64,000 nucleotides of DNA from assembly GCA_947465495.1 (NCBI GenBank), contig CANIAS010000004.1, forward strand, positions 1,808 through 65,807. The letters are read 5' to 3'. The position numbers were made by a program, and so were the translations under genes. Origin of the DNA: Candidatus Pollutiaquabacter sp. Lineage in GTDB: Bacteria > Bacteroidota > Bacteroidia > AKYH767-A > 2013-40CM-41-45. Below, one piece after another: positions 30,070-39,740 of the stretch (within the stretch, counting starts at the first letter, position 1; every line of letters starts with the position of its first letter). The notes beneath the pieces are model-generated. The model saw nothing but the letters and a program-made list of their open reading frames with translations. It was not told the origin of the DNA and ran no database searches.

Positions 30070-30990
30070 ATGATGAAAGACTCCCATTCAGTCATGTCCT
30101 ATTCCTATCTTAATTCGCCGGCTATCGACCAAGTGGGTGTTGAAGAACGGGTATCAAGGCTGACTAAGCGAAGCATCAAGAAGGAATCCAAGCTTGCGGC
30201 ACTTAAATTGGCCATGAGTATGCTGGATCTCACTACCCTCGAAGCGCGTGATACACCCGGAAAGGTACGGCAGTTGTGCATTAAGGCTATGCATCCGCAT
30301 GAGTCTGTCATTGGCATTCCTGCTGTCGCAGCGGTATGTGTTTATCCTAACCTAGTGCGCGTTGCCAAGGAGACGCTGCAGGGTTCTGGTGTAAAAGTGG
30401 CGGCGGTAGCAACCGCTTTCCCGAGTGGTATGTCCAATCGTAAAGTGAAGCTGGAAGAGACACGCTGGGCGGTGAATGAAGGCGCTGATGAGATAGACAT
30501 GGTTATTTCCAGAGGGCGCTTCCTTGCCGGTGAATATGATTTTGTGTTTGATGAAATTGCCGCGGTTAAAGATGCCTGCGGAACAGCTCACTTGAAAGTG
30601 ATTCTTGAGACCGGTGAACTAAGCACCTTGGATAATGTGCGGAAGGCTAGCGACCTTGCTATGCAAGCAGGCGCAGATTTTATTAAAACATCTACCGGTA
30701 AAATACAACCCGCTGCCACATTACCTGTTACGCTCGTGATGTTGGAAGCAATCCGTGATTATTATTATGCCACTGGAAAAATGGTTGGCATGAAACCCGC
30801 TGGCGGAATTTCAACTTCCAAGCTCGCACTGCAGTACCTGGTCATGATTCGAGAAACCGTGGGACAGGCCTGGTTACATCCGGATTGGTTTCGGTTTGGT
30901 GCGAGTGCACTAGCTAATGATCTGTTGATGCAGATCGTGAAAGAACAGACAGGTGTTTACCAGAGTATCGATTACTTCTCCAAAGACTAA
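30070..30990 (+). CDS. deoC: deoxyribose-phosphate aldolase (long, DERA-like form)
   Basis: DLTTLE near the N-terminus, EIDMVI, and the Schiff-base lysine context ADFIKTSTGK. Confidence 0.8.
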   Translation: MMKDSHSVMSYSYLNSPAIDQVGVEERVSRLTKRSIKKESKLAALKLAMSMLDLTTLEARDTPGKVRQLCIKAMHPHESVIGIPAVAAVCVYPNLVRVAKETLQGSGVKVAAVATAFPSGMSNRKVKLEETRWAVNEGADEIDMVISRGRFLAGEYDFVFDEIAAVKDACGTAHLKVILETGELSTLDNVRKASDLAMQAGADFIKTSTGKIQPAATLPVTLVMLEAIRDYYYATGKMVGMKPAGGISTSKLALQYLVMIRETVGQAWLHPDWFRFGASALANDLLMQIVKEQTGVYQSIDYFSKD

Positions 30991-31010
30991 CATTCTCGCG
31001 TCCGCGCACT

Positions 31011-32489
31011 ATGAAATCAAAAAAGAAATCTACCGTACAGCTTACCTTCAACGATGGTTGGAGTTATGATCCTGCTCCAGAAAGTAAGGATCATATCCGC
31101 TTGAAGGAGCAGTATGAATTATTTATTGACGGAAAATTTGTCCGCCCTGAAAGTGGCAAGTATTTCGACACTGTAAATCCTGCCACGGAAAAGAAGCTTG
31201 CTTCCATCGCTGAAGCCGGTGATAAAGATGTAGACCTTGCAGTTCGCGCTGCTCGTAAATCGTATACTGGTGCTTGGGGTAAGATGCCCGCCAAGGAACG
31301 CGGAAAGTATATTTATCGGATAGCTCGAATTTTACAGGAGCGTGCTCGTGAACTGGCCGTCATAGAGTCTATGGACGGAGGGAAACCCATTCGAGAATCT
31401 CGTGATATCGATGTGCCCTTGGCTGCGGCTCACTTTTTTTACTACGCGGGTTGGGCCGACAAACTTCCATACGCTGTTCCAGGCCAACTGCCAACTTCAA
31501 TCGGTGTAGCCGGACAGATTATCCCATGGAATTTTCCGTTGCTCATGGCCGCATGGAAAATTGCGCCTGCCTTGGCCGCCGGAAATACGGTGGTGTTAAA
31601 ACCTGCCGAAACAACTTCGTTGACGGCGTTGAAGTTGGCGGAGATTATCCAGGAGGCTGACTTACCTCCCGGTACTGTCAATATAATTACCGGCGCTGGT
31701 GCGACCGGTGCCGGGATTGTCCAACATGCAGGTATCGATAAAATCGCATTCACCGGATCGACAGAAGTAGGCAAACTCATTCAGAAGGGTCTTGCTGGTA
31801 CCGGTAAGCGATACACGCTCGAACTAGGAGGTAAAGCTGCCAACATAATTTTCGAAGATGCCGCCATCGATCAGGCAGTGGAAGGAATCGTCAATGGCAT
31901 TTTCTTTAATCAAGGTCATGTTTGCTGTGCGGGTTCACGCCTGTTCGTTCAGGAGTCAGTGATGAAAACAGTCGTACGCAAACTTAAAGATCGCATGGAA
32001 ACGCTCATTGTCGGCGATCCGTTGGATAAGAATACAGATATCGGGGCGATCAACTCTAGAATGCAATTGAATAAAATCAAACAGTATCTCAAGATTGGTG
32101 TCAACGAGGGTGGAACCATGTATCAGTCAGCTTGCGCTGTGCCTACCAAAGGATTCTGGTGCCGTCCAACCTTGTTTACCGATGTGTCACAATCGTCACG
32201 CATTGTGCAGGAAGAAATTTTTGGACCTGTACTGACCATACAATCGTTCCGTACCATCGAAGAGGTGATCGAGAAGGCCAACAATATTCCGTATGGACTT
32301 AGCGGTGGTGTTTGGACGGATAAGGGCTCCAAGATATTCAAAGTGACGAATCAACTTCGTGCAGGTGTTATCTGGGCGAACACTTACAATAAGTTTGATC
32401 CGACATCGCCGTTTGGCGGATATAAAGAAAGTGGAGTAGGACGAGAAGGCGGTCTGCATGGATTGATGCCTTATTTGCAACATGCTTAA
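31011..32489 (+). CDS. NAD(P)-dependent aldehyde dehydrogenase (full length)
   Basis: 492 aa. IIPWNFPL, FTGSTEVGK, catalytic Glu in LELGGKA, catalytic Cys in FFNQGHVCCAGSR, and EEIFGPV. Confidence 0.9.
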   Translation: MKSKKKSTVQLTFNDGWSYDPAPESKDHIRLKEQYELFIDGKFVRPESGKYFDTVNPATEKKLASIAEAGDKDVDLAVRAARKSYTGAWGKMPAKERGKYIYRIARILQERARELAVIESMDGGKPIRESRDIDVPLAAAHFFYYAGWADKLPYAVPGQLPTSIGVAGQIIPWNFPLLMAAWKIAPALAAGNTVVLKPAETTSLTALKLAEIIQEADLPPGTVNIITGAGATGAGIVQHAGIDKIAFTGSTEVGKLIQKGLAGTGKRYTLELGGKAANIIFEDAAIDQAVEGIVNGIFFNQGHVCCAGSRLFVQESVMKTVVRKLKDRMETLIVGDPLDKNTDIGAINSRMQLNKIKQYLKIGVNEGGTMYQSACAVPTKGFWCRPTLFTDVSQSSRIVQEEIFGPVLTIQSFRTIEEVIEKANNIPYGLSGGVWTDKGSKIFKVTNQLRAGVIWANTYNKFDPTSPFGGYKESGVGREGGLHGLMPYLQHA

Positions 32490-33427
32490 TGAACAAATCA
32501 ATCATGGCTACAACCAAGCAAAATGTCGCACGGAATGTCACCACCGGAAATGGTGCTGAGAATTCTTCCTCCCGCATCGGAGTGATGAAGACGTATAAAC
32601 TATACATTGATGGTAAATTCCCGCGCACGGAGAGTGGACGTTATTCCATTTTTACTGATGCTAAAGGACATTCAATAGCCAATGTATGTGTCGCATCGCG
32701 AAAGGATTTCCGCGAGTCGGTGGTGGCTGCACGTAAAGCACAACCTGGCTGGGCTGCCGCATCTGCCTATAACAAAGGTCAGATAGTATACCGAATTGCA
32801 GAGATGCTGGAAGGGCGACGCGACCAATTCGTGGCAGAACTCATGCATCAAGGACTTTCATCGGCCGCTGCCGAACTCGAAGTCAATACAGCCGTTGATC
32901 GGTTAGTCTACTATGCAGGATGGTCCGACAAATACCAACAGGTGTTCAGTGCTGTTAATCCCGTAGCTTCTTCACATTTTAATTTTTCCTTACCGGAGCC
33001 GATGGGAATAGTGGCAGCTATTGCGCCCGAAAGCAACGGACTTGCAGGGTTGGTTTCTGTGATAGCTCCCGCGGTTGTGGGTGGGAATACGGTTATTGTA
33101 CTTGCTTCAGAAAAGTTCCCCTTGACGGCCATCACCTTTGCAGAAGTATTGCACACATCGGACTTGCCAGCGGGTGTTGTGAATATACTCACGGGCACGC
33201 AGAAGGAATTAGCTTCCTATTTTTCCAATCACATGGATGTGAATGCGTGCATTTATGCTGGAACAAATCAAGTTGCTATGAAGTCCATGGAGGAGAACGC
33301 TGCGCTTAATGTGAAGCGTCCGTATTTTTATGGTAAGACGAATTGGTTGTCAGAAGATGCCCAGAGTCCTTACCGAATCATGGATTTGCAAGAGACCAAA
33401 ACCACCTGGCATCCCATCGGGCAGTGA
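32489..33427 (+). CDS. aldehyde-dehydrogenase-like protein lacking the catalytic domain
   Basis: 312 aa. It aligns by eye to the upstream ALDH from YKLYIDGKF through the cofactor-binding domain (YYAGWSDK, VLASEKFPLTA). It then jumps, at the position of ELGGK (here LNVKR), directly to an ALDH-type C-terminal tail (DLQETKTTW). There is no GxxCxAxxR Cys motif. TAATG overlap with the previous gene. Confidence 0.7.
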   Translation: MNKSIMATTKQNVARNVTTGNGAENSSSRIGVMKTYKLYIDGKFPRTESGRYSIFTDAKGHSIANVCVASRKDFRESVVAARKAQPGWAAASAYNKGQIVYRIAEMLEGRRDQFVAELMHQGLSSAAAELEVNTAVDRLVYYAGWSDKYQQVFSAVNPVASSHFNFSLPEPMGIVAAIAPESNGLAGLVSVIAPAVVGGNTVIVLASEKFPLTAITFAEVLHTSDLPAGVVNILTGTQKELASYFSNHMDVNACIYAGTNQVAMKSMEENAALNVKRPYFYGKTNWLSEDAQSPYRIMDLQETKTTWHPIGQ

Positions 33428-33428
33428 T

Positions 33429-34019
33429 ATGGCAGATTTAATCATTCCTCCTCTGATACCCGTTTCGCGTGAGCAGCGAGAGCGTACACTTGGACAGCAG
33501 GCCCATATTTTCTGGCTGACTGGTCTAAGTGGCAGCGGTAAAAGTACATTGGCAGGATTGCTTGAAACTAAATTACAAGAGCGCGGACACAAAACAATGT
33601 TATTGGATGGAGATGTGTTGCGAATGGGATTGAATAGCGACTTGGGTTTTAGTGACGAAGATCGCACAGAGAATATTCGTCGTGTCGGTGAAGTCAATCA
33701 ACTTTTCTTCGAGGCAGGATTGATAGTGATCAATGCGTTCATTTCCCCCTTTGAAGCTGATCGAGCATTTGTTCGGTCAAGAGTTCCCAGTCATGGATTC
33801 AGTGAAGTGTTTATCAAGGCGGATCTTACTGTATGTGAATCAAGAGACACTAAAGGCATGTATCAGAAGGCGAGAAGTGGTGAAATAGCGCTATTTACAG
33901 GTGTCAGTTCGCCGTACGAAGCTCCAGCTTTTCCCGAATTGGTGATTGAAACTGGAAGCCAAACGATTGAAGCAGCGTTGGAGATGCTGTTGGCTTACGC
34001 CATTACGAAAGTTCAGTGA
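33429..34019 (+). CDS. cysC: adenylyl-sulfate (APS) kinase
   Basis: P-loop FWLTGLSGSGKSTLA and LDGDVLR. The ATG at 33429 lies 1 nt after the preceding stop; the track ORF start at 33330 is an out-of-context extension. Confidence 0.88.
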   Translation: MADLIIPPLIPVSREQRERTLGQQAHIFWLTGLSGSGKSTLAGLLETKLQERGHKTMLLDGDVLRMGLNSDLGFSDEDRTENIRRVGEVNQLFFEAGLIVINAFISPFEADRAFVRSRVPSHGFSEVFIKADLTVCESRDTKGMYQKARSGEIALFTGVSSPYEAPAFPELVIETGSQTIEAALEMLLAYAITKVQ

Positions 34020-34089
34020 TGCTAATTGGCTTCGCCTGCTAAATTTCATACCTTCGTGAAAACGACGAATTCGTCGCATTGAACGGTAC

Positions 34090-34995
34090 ATGTTTTCGTA
34101 TAATCTAGATCATTTACGGGAGTTGGAGGCCGAGAGCATTTTTGTGCTCCGCGAGGTGGCTTCACAATTCGAGCGACCAGTTCTTCTCTTCAGTGGAGGA
34201 AAGGATTCAATTGTGACATCCTACTTGGCCCGCAAAGCCTTTTATCCTGCAGCCATCCCTTTTCAATTTATGCACATTGATACTGGCCACAATTTTCCGG
34301 AGACCTTAGAATTCCGTGATGCATGGATTAAGAAAATGGGGGTAGATTTAATTGTACGCAATGTTCAGGATTCCATCGACCAGGGAAAAGTAGCCGAAGA
34401 GAAAGGCCCTTATGCTAGTCGAAATTCTTTGCAAACAATTACATTGTTGGATGCCTTGCAGGAATTGAAAATCGATGCGGCCATCGGTGGTGCTCGTCGC
34501 GACGAAGAGAAGTCCCGCGCCAAAGAACGTTTCTTTTCGCACCGTGATGAGTTTGGTCAGTGGGAGCCTCGTCGCCAGCGTCCTGAACTTTGGAGCATCT
34601 TTAATGCACATCATTTACCAGGCGAGCATTTCCGGGTATTTCCCTTGAGTAATTGGACAGAGGAGGACATTTGGCAATACATCCGAAAAGAAAACATTGA
34701 AGTGCCTGCACTTTATTTCTCGCATGAGCGAGAAGTATTCGAACATCAACATAATTTATATGCTGTATCCGATTACATTCGACTCGGTGCAGATGTTACT
34801 CGCAGTCGAAAACTGGTACGTTTCCGGACTATTGGCGACATGACTTGCACCGGGGCCATTGAATCTGTGGCAATGAACATCGACGATATATTGCTTGAAA
34901 ATGCAGTGTCCCGTTTCACGGAACGAGGAACCCGGATCGATGATCAACGTTCTGAAACTTCGTTGGAGGATCGAAAACGTTCTGGGTACTTCTAA
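34090..34995 (+). CDS. cysD: sulfate adenylyltransferase subunit 2
   Basis: PP-loop LFSGGKDS, GGARRDEEKSRAKERFFS, 301 aa. Confidence 0.92.
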   Translation: MFSYNLDHLRELEAESIFVLREVASQFERPVLLFSGGKDSIVTSYLARKAFYPAAIPFQFMHIDTGHNFPETLEFRDAWIKKMGVDLIVRNVQDSIDQGKVAEEKGPYASRNSLQTITLLDALQELKIDAAIGGARRDEEKSRAKERFFSHRDEFGQWEPRRQRPELWSIFNAHHLPGEHFRVFPLSNWTEEDIWQYIRKENIEVPALYFSHEREVFEHQHNLYAVSDYIRLGADVTRSRKLVRFRTIGDMTCTGAIESVAMNIDDILLENAVSRFTERGTRIDDQRSETSLEDRKRSGYF

Positions 34996-35024
34996 TTCTT
35001 TGCCTATTTCAAATCTATCCAATC

Positions 35025-36284
35025 ATGCCTAACACCACTGCTTATAATATCCTTCGACTCACCACTTGTGGTAATGTGGACGATGGAAAAAGTACGCTCA
35101 TTGGCAGGATGTTGTTGGATACAAAGAGTATCATGGAAGATCAGTTAGAGGCCATTCGTTCTGCTAGTGAACGTCGTGGTATTCCTGGAGTGGACCTCTC
35201 GCTTATCACCGATGGTCTGAAAGCAGAGCGCGAACAAGGCATCACCATCGATGTCGCCTACCGTTACTTTTCCACTGCCAAACGGAAGTTCATTATTTCT
35301 GACACACCCGGACACATCCAGTATACTCGCAACATGGTGACTGGTGCTTCAAATTCGAATCTGGCAGTCATACTAGTGGATGCACGAAGAGGAATTCAGG
35401 AGCAAACATGCCGTCATGCATTTATTGCCTCGCTGCTTCGAATTCCACATCTCGTTTTGTGCATCAACAAAATGGATCTTGTCGGGTACGACGAAAAAAT
35501 ATATCAGTCCATTGTAGATGACTTCAAGGATTTTTCTTCTCGATTGGAAGTTCAGGATGTACAATTCATACCCGTCAGTGCGTTGATCGGGGATAACGTT
35601 GTCCATCGATCGGAAAATATGCCGTGGTACCAGGGTACAACGTTGATGTACCACTTGGAAAACGTACATATTAACAGTGACCTTAACCAAATTGATTGTC
35701 GCTTTCCAGTGCAGCATGTGATTCGACCTCGTTCAACGTCCTTTCCAGATTATCGTGGATATGCCGGCCGTATTTCGGGTGGGGTATTCCGCCCTGGAGA
35801 TTCAGTGATGGTACTTCCTTCTGGATTTACCTCCCGGATTAAGTCCATAGGATTAGGTGAACAAGCATTGATGGAAGCTTTCTCTCCAATGTCAGTTACC
35901 TTATGTTTAGAGGACGATTTGGATGTCAGTCGCGGCAATATGATAGTTCGTGAAAATAATCTGCCAACTTCGGGTCAGGATATCGATCTGATGGTTTGTT
36001 GGTTTAACCAACGTGCTTTGCAACCTGAGACTCGATACATTATCCAACATACCACTCATGAAGTTCGTTGTCAAGTTAAAGAAATTCGCTATAAGATGGA
36101 CATCAATACACTTCGTAGAGTTACCGATGATCCAAATCTTGGCATGAACGATATTGGTCGCGTTCGAATACGTACTACGCAACCCTTGCATTACGACAGT
36201 TACCGCCGAAACCGCATTACAGGTAGTGTTATTTTTGTGGATGAAAACTCCTGTGAAACCGTGGGAGCCGGCATGATCATCTGA
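35025..36284 (+). CDS. cysN: sulfate adenylyltransferase subunit 1 (GTPase, no fused APS kinase)
   Basis: G1 CGNVDDGKST, G3 DTPGH, G4 NKMD, 419 aa. Confidence 0.92.
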   Translation: MPNTTAYNILRLTTCGNVDDGKSTLIGRMLLDTKSIMEDQLEAIRSASERRGIPGVDLSLITDGLKAEREQGITIDVAYRYFSTAKRKFIISDTPGHIQYTRNMVTGASNSNLAVILVDARRGIQEQTCRHAFIASLLRIPHLVLCINKMDLVGYDEKIYQSIVDDFKDFSSRLEVQDVQFIPVSALIGDNVVHRSENMPWYQGTTLMYHLENVHINSDLNQIDCRFPVQHVIRPRSTSFPDYRGYAGRISGGVFRPGDSVMVLPSGFTSRIKSIGLGEQALMEAFSPMSVTLCLEDDLDVSRGNMIVRENNLPTSGQDIDLMVCWFNQRALQPETRYIIQHTTHEVRCQVKEIRYKMDINTLRRVTDDPNLGMNDIGRVRIRTTQPLHYDSYRRNRITGSVIFVDENSCETVGAGMII

Positions 36285-36296
36285 TTTGAATTAGCC

Positions 36297-37091
36297 ATGA
36301 TGGATTACCATGTACTACTGGAAGTTGCCATGCGTGCTTCCCTGGAAGCTGGAAAGGCAATTCTTGATGTATATCAATCGCGCTATGATGTTCAATTTAA
36401 AGCAGACCAATCGCCGGTAACAGCTGCTGATCTTGCGGCACATCGTGTATTGGTCGAATTATTATCTGCTACAGATATTCCGGTATTAAGTGAAGAGGGT
36501 TCATCCGTGGATTATGCTATACGAAGTACGTGGGAGTATTATTGGTTGATTGATCCACTGGACGGAACCAAGGAGTTCATTCACCAAAATGGAGAATTCA
36601 CTGTCAATGTCGCACTGATCCATCGTGATCAACCTGTTTTGGGAGTTGTATTTATTCCGGTGACTGATGATTTATTTGCAGGAATTGTGGGTGGTTCAGG
36701 CTGGCATTTCCCGAACATGTCTACTTTATCATCAACTACCTGGAAGGAAATGAATTCATTCGTTATCATTCCTTCTGCAAATCAAGATCATTATCGTGTA
36801 GCGGTCAGCCGCTCACACATGGATGCTGCTACTGAATTGTATCTTCAGAACTTACGCCTGGAAAAGCGTTTCTTGGAGACTGTTTCCGCTGGAAGCTCGA
36901 TGAAATTTTGCCTTGTTGCCCAGGGTCGTGCGGATGAATATCCCCGCTTCGGTCCAACGATGGAGTGGGATACAGCTGCTGGTCATGCAATCTTGTTGTC
37001 CATCGGAAAGAACATTTATTCCTTACAAGATGGAGATGTGATTCGTTACAATAAAAAAGAAATGATAAATGGTCCGTTTGTGGCTCGCTGA
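36297..37091 (+). CDS. cysQ: 3'(2'),5'-bisphosphate nucleotidase
   Basis: Inositol-monophosphatase family motifs LSEE, WLIDPLDGTKEF and WDTAAGHAIL. Confidence 0.85.
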   Translation: MMDYHVLLEVAMRASLEAGKAILDVYQSRYDVQFKADQSPVTAADLAAHRVLVELLSATDIPVLSEEGSSVDYAIRSTWEYYWLIDPLDGTKEFIHQNGEFTVNVALIHRDQPVLGVVFIPVTDDLFAGIVGGSGWHFPNMSTLSSTTWKEMNSFVIIPSANQDHYRVAVSRSHMDAATELYLQNLRLEKRFLETVSAGSSMKFCLVAQGRADEYPRFGPTMEWDTAAGHAILLSIGKNIYSLQDGDVIRYNKKEMINGPFVAR

Positions 37092-38415
37092 CGTAGCCCG
37101 AACGTGGCAACGATTCCGTAACGATTCGTCCTACCACGAACTTGTCCTTACCAGTGGACGTTCGTTGGTGGTGCGATTGCTGGGAGTGTCTACGGGCTTT
37201 TTAGTGACCTTGATTACTGCACGTTTTTTCTCGGCGGACGCGTTGGGTGTCGTCTCAATTTGCATAGGAATACTTAGTCTATCAAGCGTATTTGCCAAAC
37301 TTGGTCATGACGTAGCGCTTATGCGTTACATAGCGACCTTTTTTGAAGAAAAGAAATTCGAGGATATTCGTGGCATTTATCAAACCTCACTTCGGTTGGT
37401 ATTGCCTGTAACTGGTATGATTAGTCTGTTGCTCTATATCGCCGCGCCTTGGATGTCAGAGACGTGGTTCGATAAACCTCAGTTAAGGTTGGTGCTTCAG
37501 TGGAATTCCCTGTTGGTCATTCCACTTACGTTGCTACAAATCAATTCCGAGTGTTTGCGAGGAGTAAAGAGAATTATTGATTATACATTTTTTCAGACTG
37601 CAGCTGTTTCTACGTTTGCGGTGATTGGACTATTGGTAGCAATGGTGTTTTTTCCTAGTGTGGATGCACCTATACAAATTCAATTCGTAGGAATAGCGTT
37701 GGCGGCATTGATAAGTAGCTATCGTTGGCGCATGGTCGTCCGAGGGAAGCAGGAGTCTGATTTATCCGCCGTGACTTTTCGTCAGCTGAACAAGACCGCA
37801 GGTCCAATGTTCACAACTACCATCATGCAACTAGTCATGAGTTGGGCCGGTACGCTCATTTTGGCATCCTATCGACCTGCTTCCGATGTTGGTGTGTATA
37901 ATGCCTTGATTCGGATATCCGTTTTTACAAACATTACCATTTTGGCAATTAACGGATTAGTCATGACGCGCTTTGTAACGGCCTACCATTCTGGCAACTT
38001 AGCGGTACTGAAGCGCCATTCACACGAAGCGACACGCTTGATTTTTTTCACATCACTTCCAATGTTTGCTTTGCTTCTCTTATTTCCCACGATTGTTTTG
38101 ACTTTATTCGGAAACGAGTTTATCGGCCACGAAAATGAATTATACATTTTACTTGCTGGTCAGTTTATGGTAATCTGTGCTGGGTTGCCTGGGCAACTGC
38201 TCAACATGACTGACCGACAGCATGCGTTGCGTAATATTGCGATTATTTCAGCAACAATAAATCTTGTAAGTTGTTTTTGGCTGGTACCTGTGATGGGAAT
38301 GGCAGGTGCGTGCTGGGCACAATTCGCGGGAACGATGGTTTGGACATTTTTATGCGTATTTTCCGTCTACCGACGAATGAAAATTATGACCTTTATCGGA
38401 TTCTCGCGTTGGTAA
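37069..38415 (+). CDS. MOP-superfamily polysaccharide flippase (Wzx-like), copy 1
   Basis: 448 aa with about 12 hydrophobic helices. 23-nt overlap with cysQ. Confidence 0.7.
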   Translation: MVRLWLADVARTWQRFRNDSSYHELVLTSGRSLVVRLLGVSTGFLVTLITARFFSADALGVVSICIGILSLSSVFAKLGHDVALMRYIATFFEEKKFEDIRGIYQTSLRLVLPVTGMISLLLYIAAPWMSETWFDKPQLRLVLQWNSLLVIPLTLLQINSECLRGVKRIIDYTFFQTAAVSTFAVIGLLVAMVFFPSVDAPIQIQFVGIALAALISSYRWRMVVRGKQESDLSAVTFRQLNKTAGPMFTTTIMQLVMSWAGTLILASYRPASDVGVYNALIRISVFTNITILAINGLVMTRFVTAYHSGNLAVLKRHSHEATRLIFFTSLPMFALLLLFPTIVLTLFGNEFIGHENELYILLAGQFMVICAGLPGQLLNMTDRQHALRNIAIISATINLVSCFWLVPVMGMAGACWAQFAGTMVWTFLCVFSVYRRMKIMTFIGFSRW

Positions 38416-38441
38416 TAGGGGAAGAACCCGATAAACTGTCC

Positions 38442-39740
38442 ATGAAATCAGAAATTACGTCAACGGAAGTTATTCGCAACACCAGTTGGCCAGCGCCACT
38501 GGCGTACACGCTGCTGCTGTTGGTTTATGTTTCTACATTTCGCATACTCGCTACACTGCCGTTGGAATTCCTGCATCAGGCTGTTTCCACAGTGGCAATC
38601 GTTGGGTTGACACTTTTCTATGTCAGTAGTCTTTTCCTGAAGCTAAGGAAAAATCATCTTACTCGCCTCGATCTACTGGTGTGGTCGTTCATTTTGATCA
38701 ATTTCTTTGCAGCCTTTCAGGCACGCAACGTATTTGGTCAGCCCTATTATTTCGGAATTATGGCGCAACGATCCGTGCTGTTATCCTTGTCGGGAATGCT
38801 GCTAATATCCATGTTGCAGCAACGTTGGATTACGTTGTTGCAAATCGAACGAGCATTTGTTTGGATTAGTGTCATTCTCTTAATTGTCTTTTTTTATTTT
38901 TTTCTCTTTGTTAATCCGGTAAAATTCGGCGATGCTGAATTCGTAGCGTATAGTCCCATTCGTGGTTATCGATATCGATTTCAATTTGCATTGGTGATTA
39001 TGTTATTGTTTTATTCTTTGTTTAAGTTTTCCGAAAAACGCAGGCCGCTTTATTTAGTTCTTATTATAGCAATCCTTTTCTATTTGATCTATTTCTTGCA
39101 ATCCAGAACCACATTAGCCGTACTTCTGATTACGTTGTCCATTTATTTTTACAGAAATTTTTCGTTGCGGGAAAAGATTAAAAAGACCATTATTTATGGT
39201 TCATTGGTTTTTTTGGCGGTAGCGATCTTTTTTTCGCTGGGTATGACTTCCCTCTTCGAGAAATACCAAGTGCTTTACAACAATGTGGTTACGGTATTCT
39301 TTGGGGAATCGCCGGACGAGGCTTCATCTGCTGTACGATTCATGGAGCTGAATGTCGCGCTGGATCATATTTATAAACATCCGCTGCTTGGTAATGGATT
39401 TGTCAGCAGTCAATGGAACGGGGGATGGCATGAGATTTTGGGTTATTTTTATCCGGTTGACATCGGTTTGCTGGGCAATGTATTCGTATTCGGTATTCTT
39501 GGGACTGTATTAATCTACTTGCCATTTTATTATTCACTTTCATGGTCAAGGAATATTCATACCCAGGATGTTTTTTACAAGACCTGTGAGTACATGTTGC
39601 TTTTTTTCTTTCTAAGCATGTTTTTTTCTGCGGTTAATATTCGAGATTCAAGCAGTATATTATTTCTGGTCTGTTTGCTATATTACTACCGCTATCATTT
39701 TACTGATGCCGGTCAAATTACAATAAAGCACCATGAATAA
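38442..39740 (+). CDS. O-antigen polymerase/ligase family (Wzy-like) membrane protein
   Basis: Polytopic and very Phe/Leu/Ile-rich, with a large loop containing HPLLGNGF. The start is set at MKSEITS (38442), because the track ORF start overlaps the flippase by 145 nt. Confidence 0.6.
   Translation: MKSEITSTEVIRNTSWPAPLAYTLLLLVYVSTFRILATLPLEFLHQAVSTVAIVGLTLFYVSSLFLKLRKNHLTRLDLLVWSFILINFFAAFQARNVFGQPYYFGIMAQRSVLLSLSGMLLISMLQQRWITLLQIERAFVWISVILLIVFFYFFLFVNPVKFGDAEFVAYSPIRGYRYRFQFALVIMLLFYSLFKFSEKRRPLYLVLIIAILFYLIYFLQSRTTLAVLLITLSIYFYRNFSLREKIKKTIIYGSLVFLAVAIFFSLGMTSLFEKYQVLYNNVVTVFFGESPDEASSAVRFMELNVALDHIYKHPLLGNGFVSSQWNGGWHEILGYFYPVDIGLLGNVFVFGILGTVLIYLPFYYSLSWSRNIHTQDVFYKTCEYMLLFFFLSMFFSAVNIRDSSSILFLVCLLYYYRYHFTDAGQITIKHHE

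Noticed and set aside
32489-33427. Possibility that the short ALDH is a frameshifted or truncated pseudogene.
   Set aside because: There is no leftover ALDH-like sequence in any frame downstream, because cysC starts 1 nt after its stop. The ORF is intact and start/stop-coupled on both sides, and it retains an ALDH-type C-terminal tail. I kept it as a CDS, and only comparative data can settle the question.
33330-33428. 33-codon N-terminal extension of cysC in the ORF track.
   Set aside because: It overlaps the 3' end of the short ALDH gene in another frame. The APS-kinase homology and a well-placed ATG begin at 33429.
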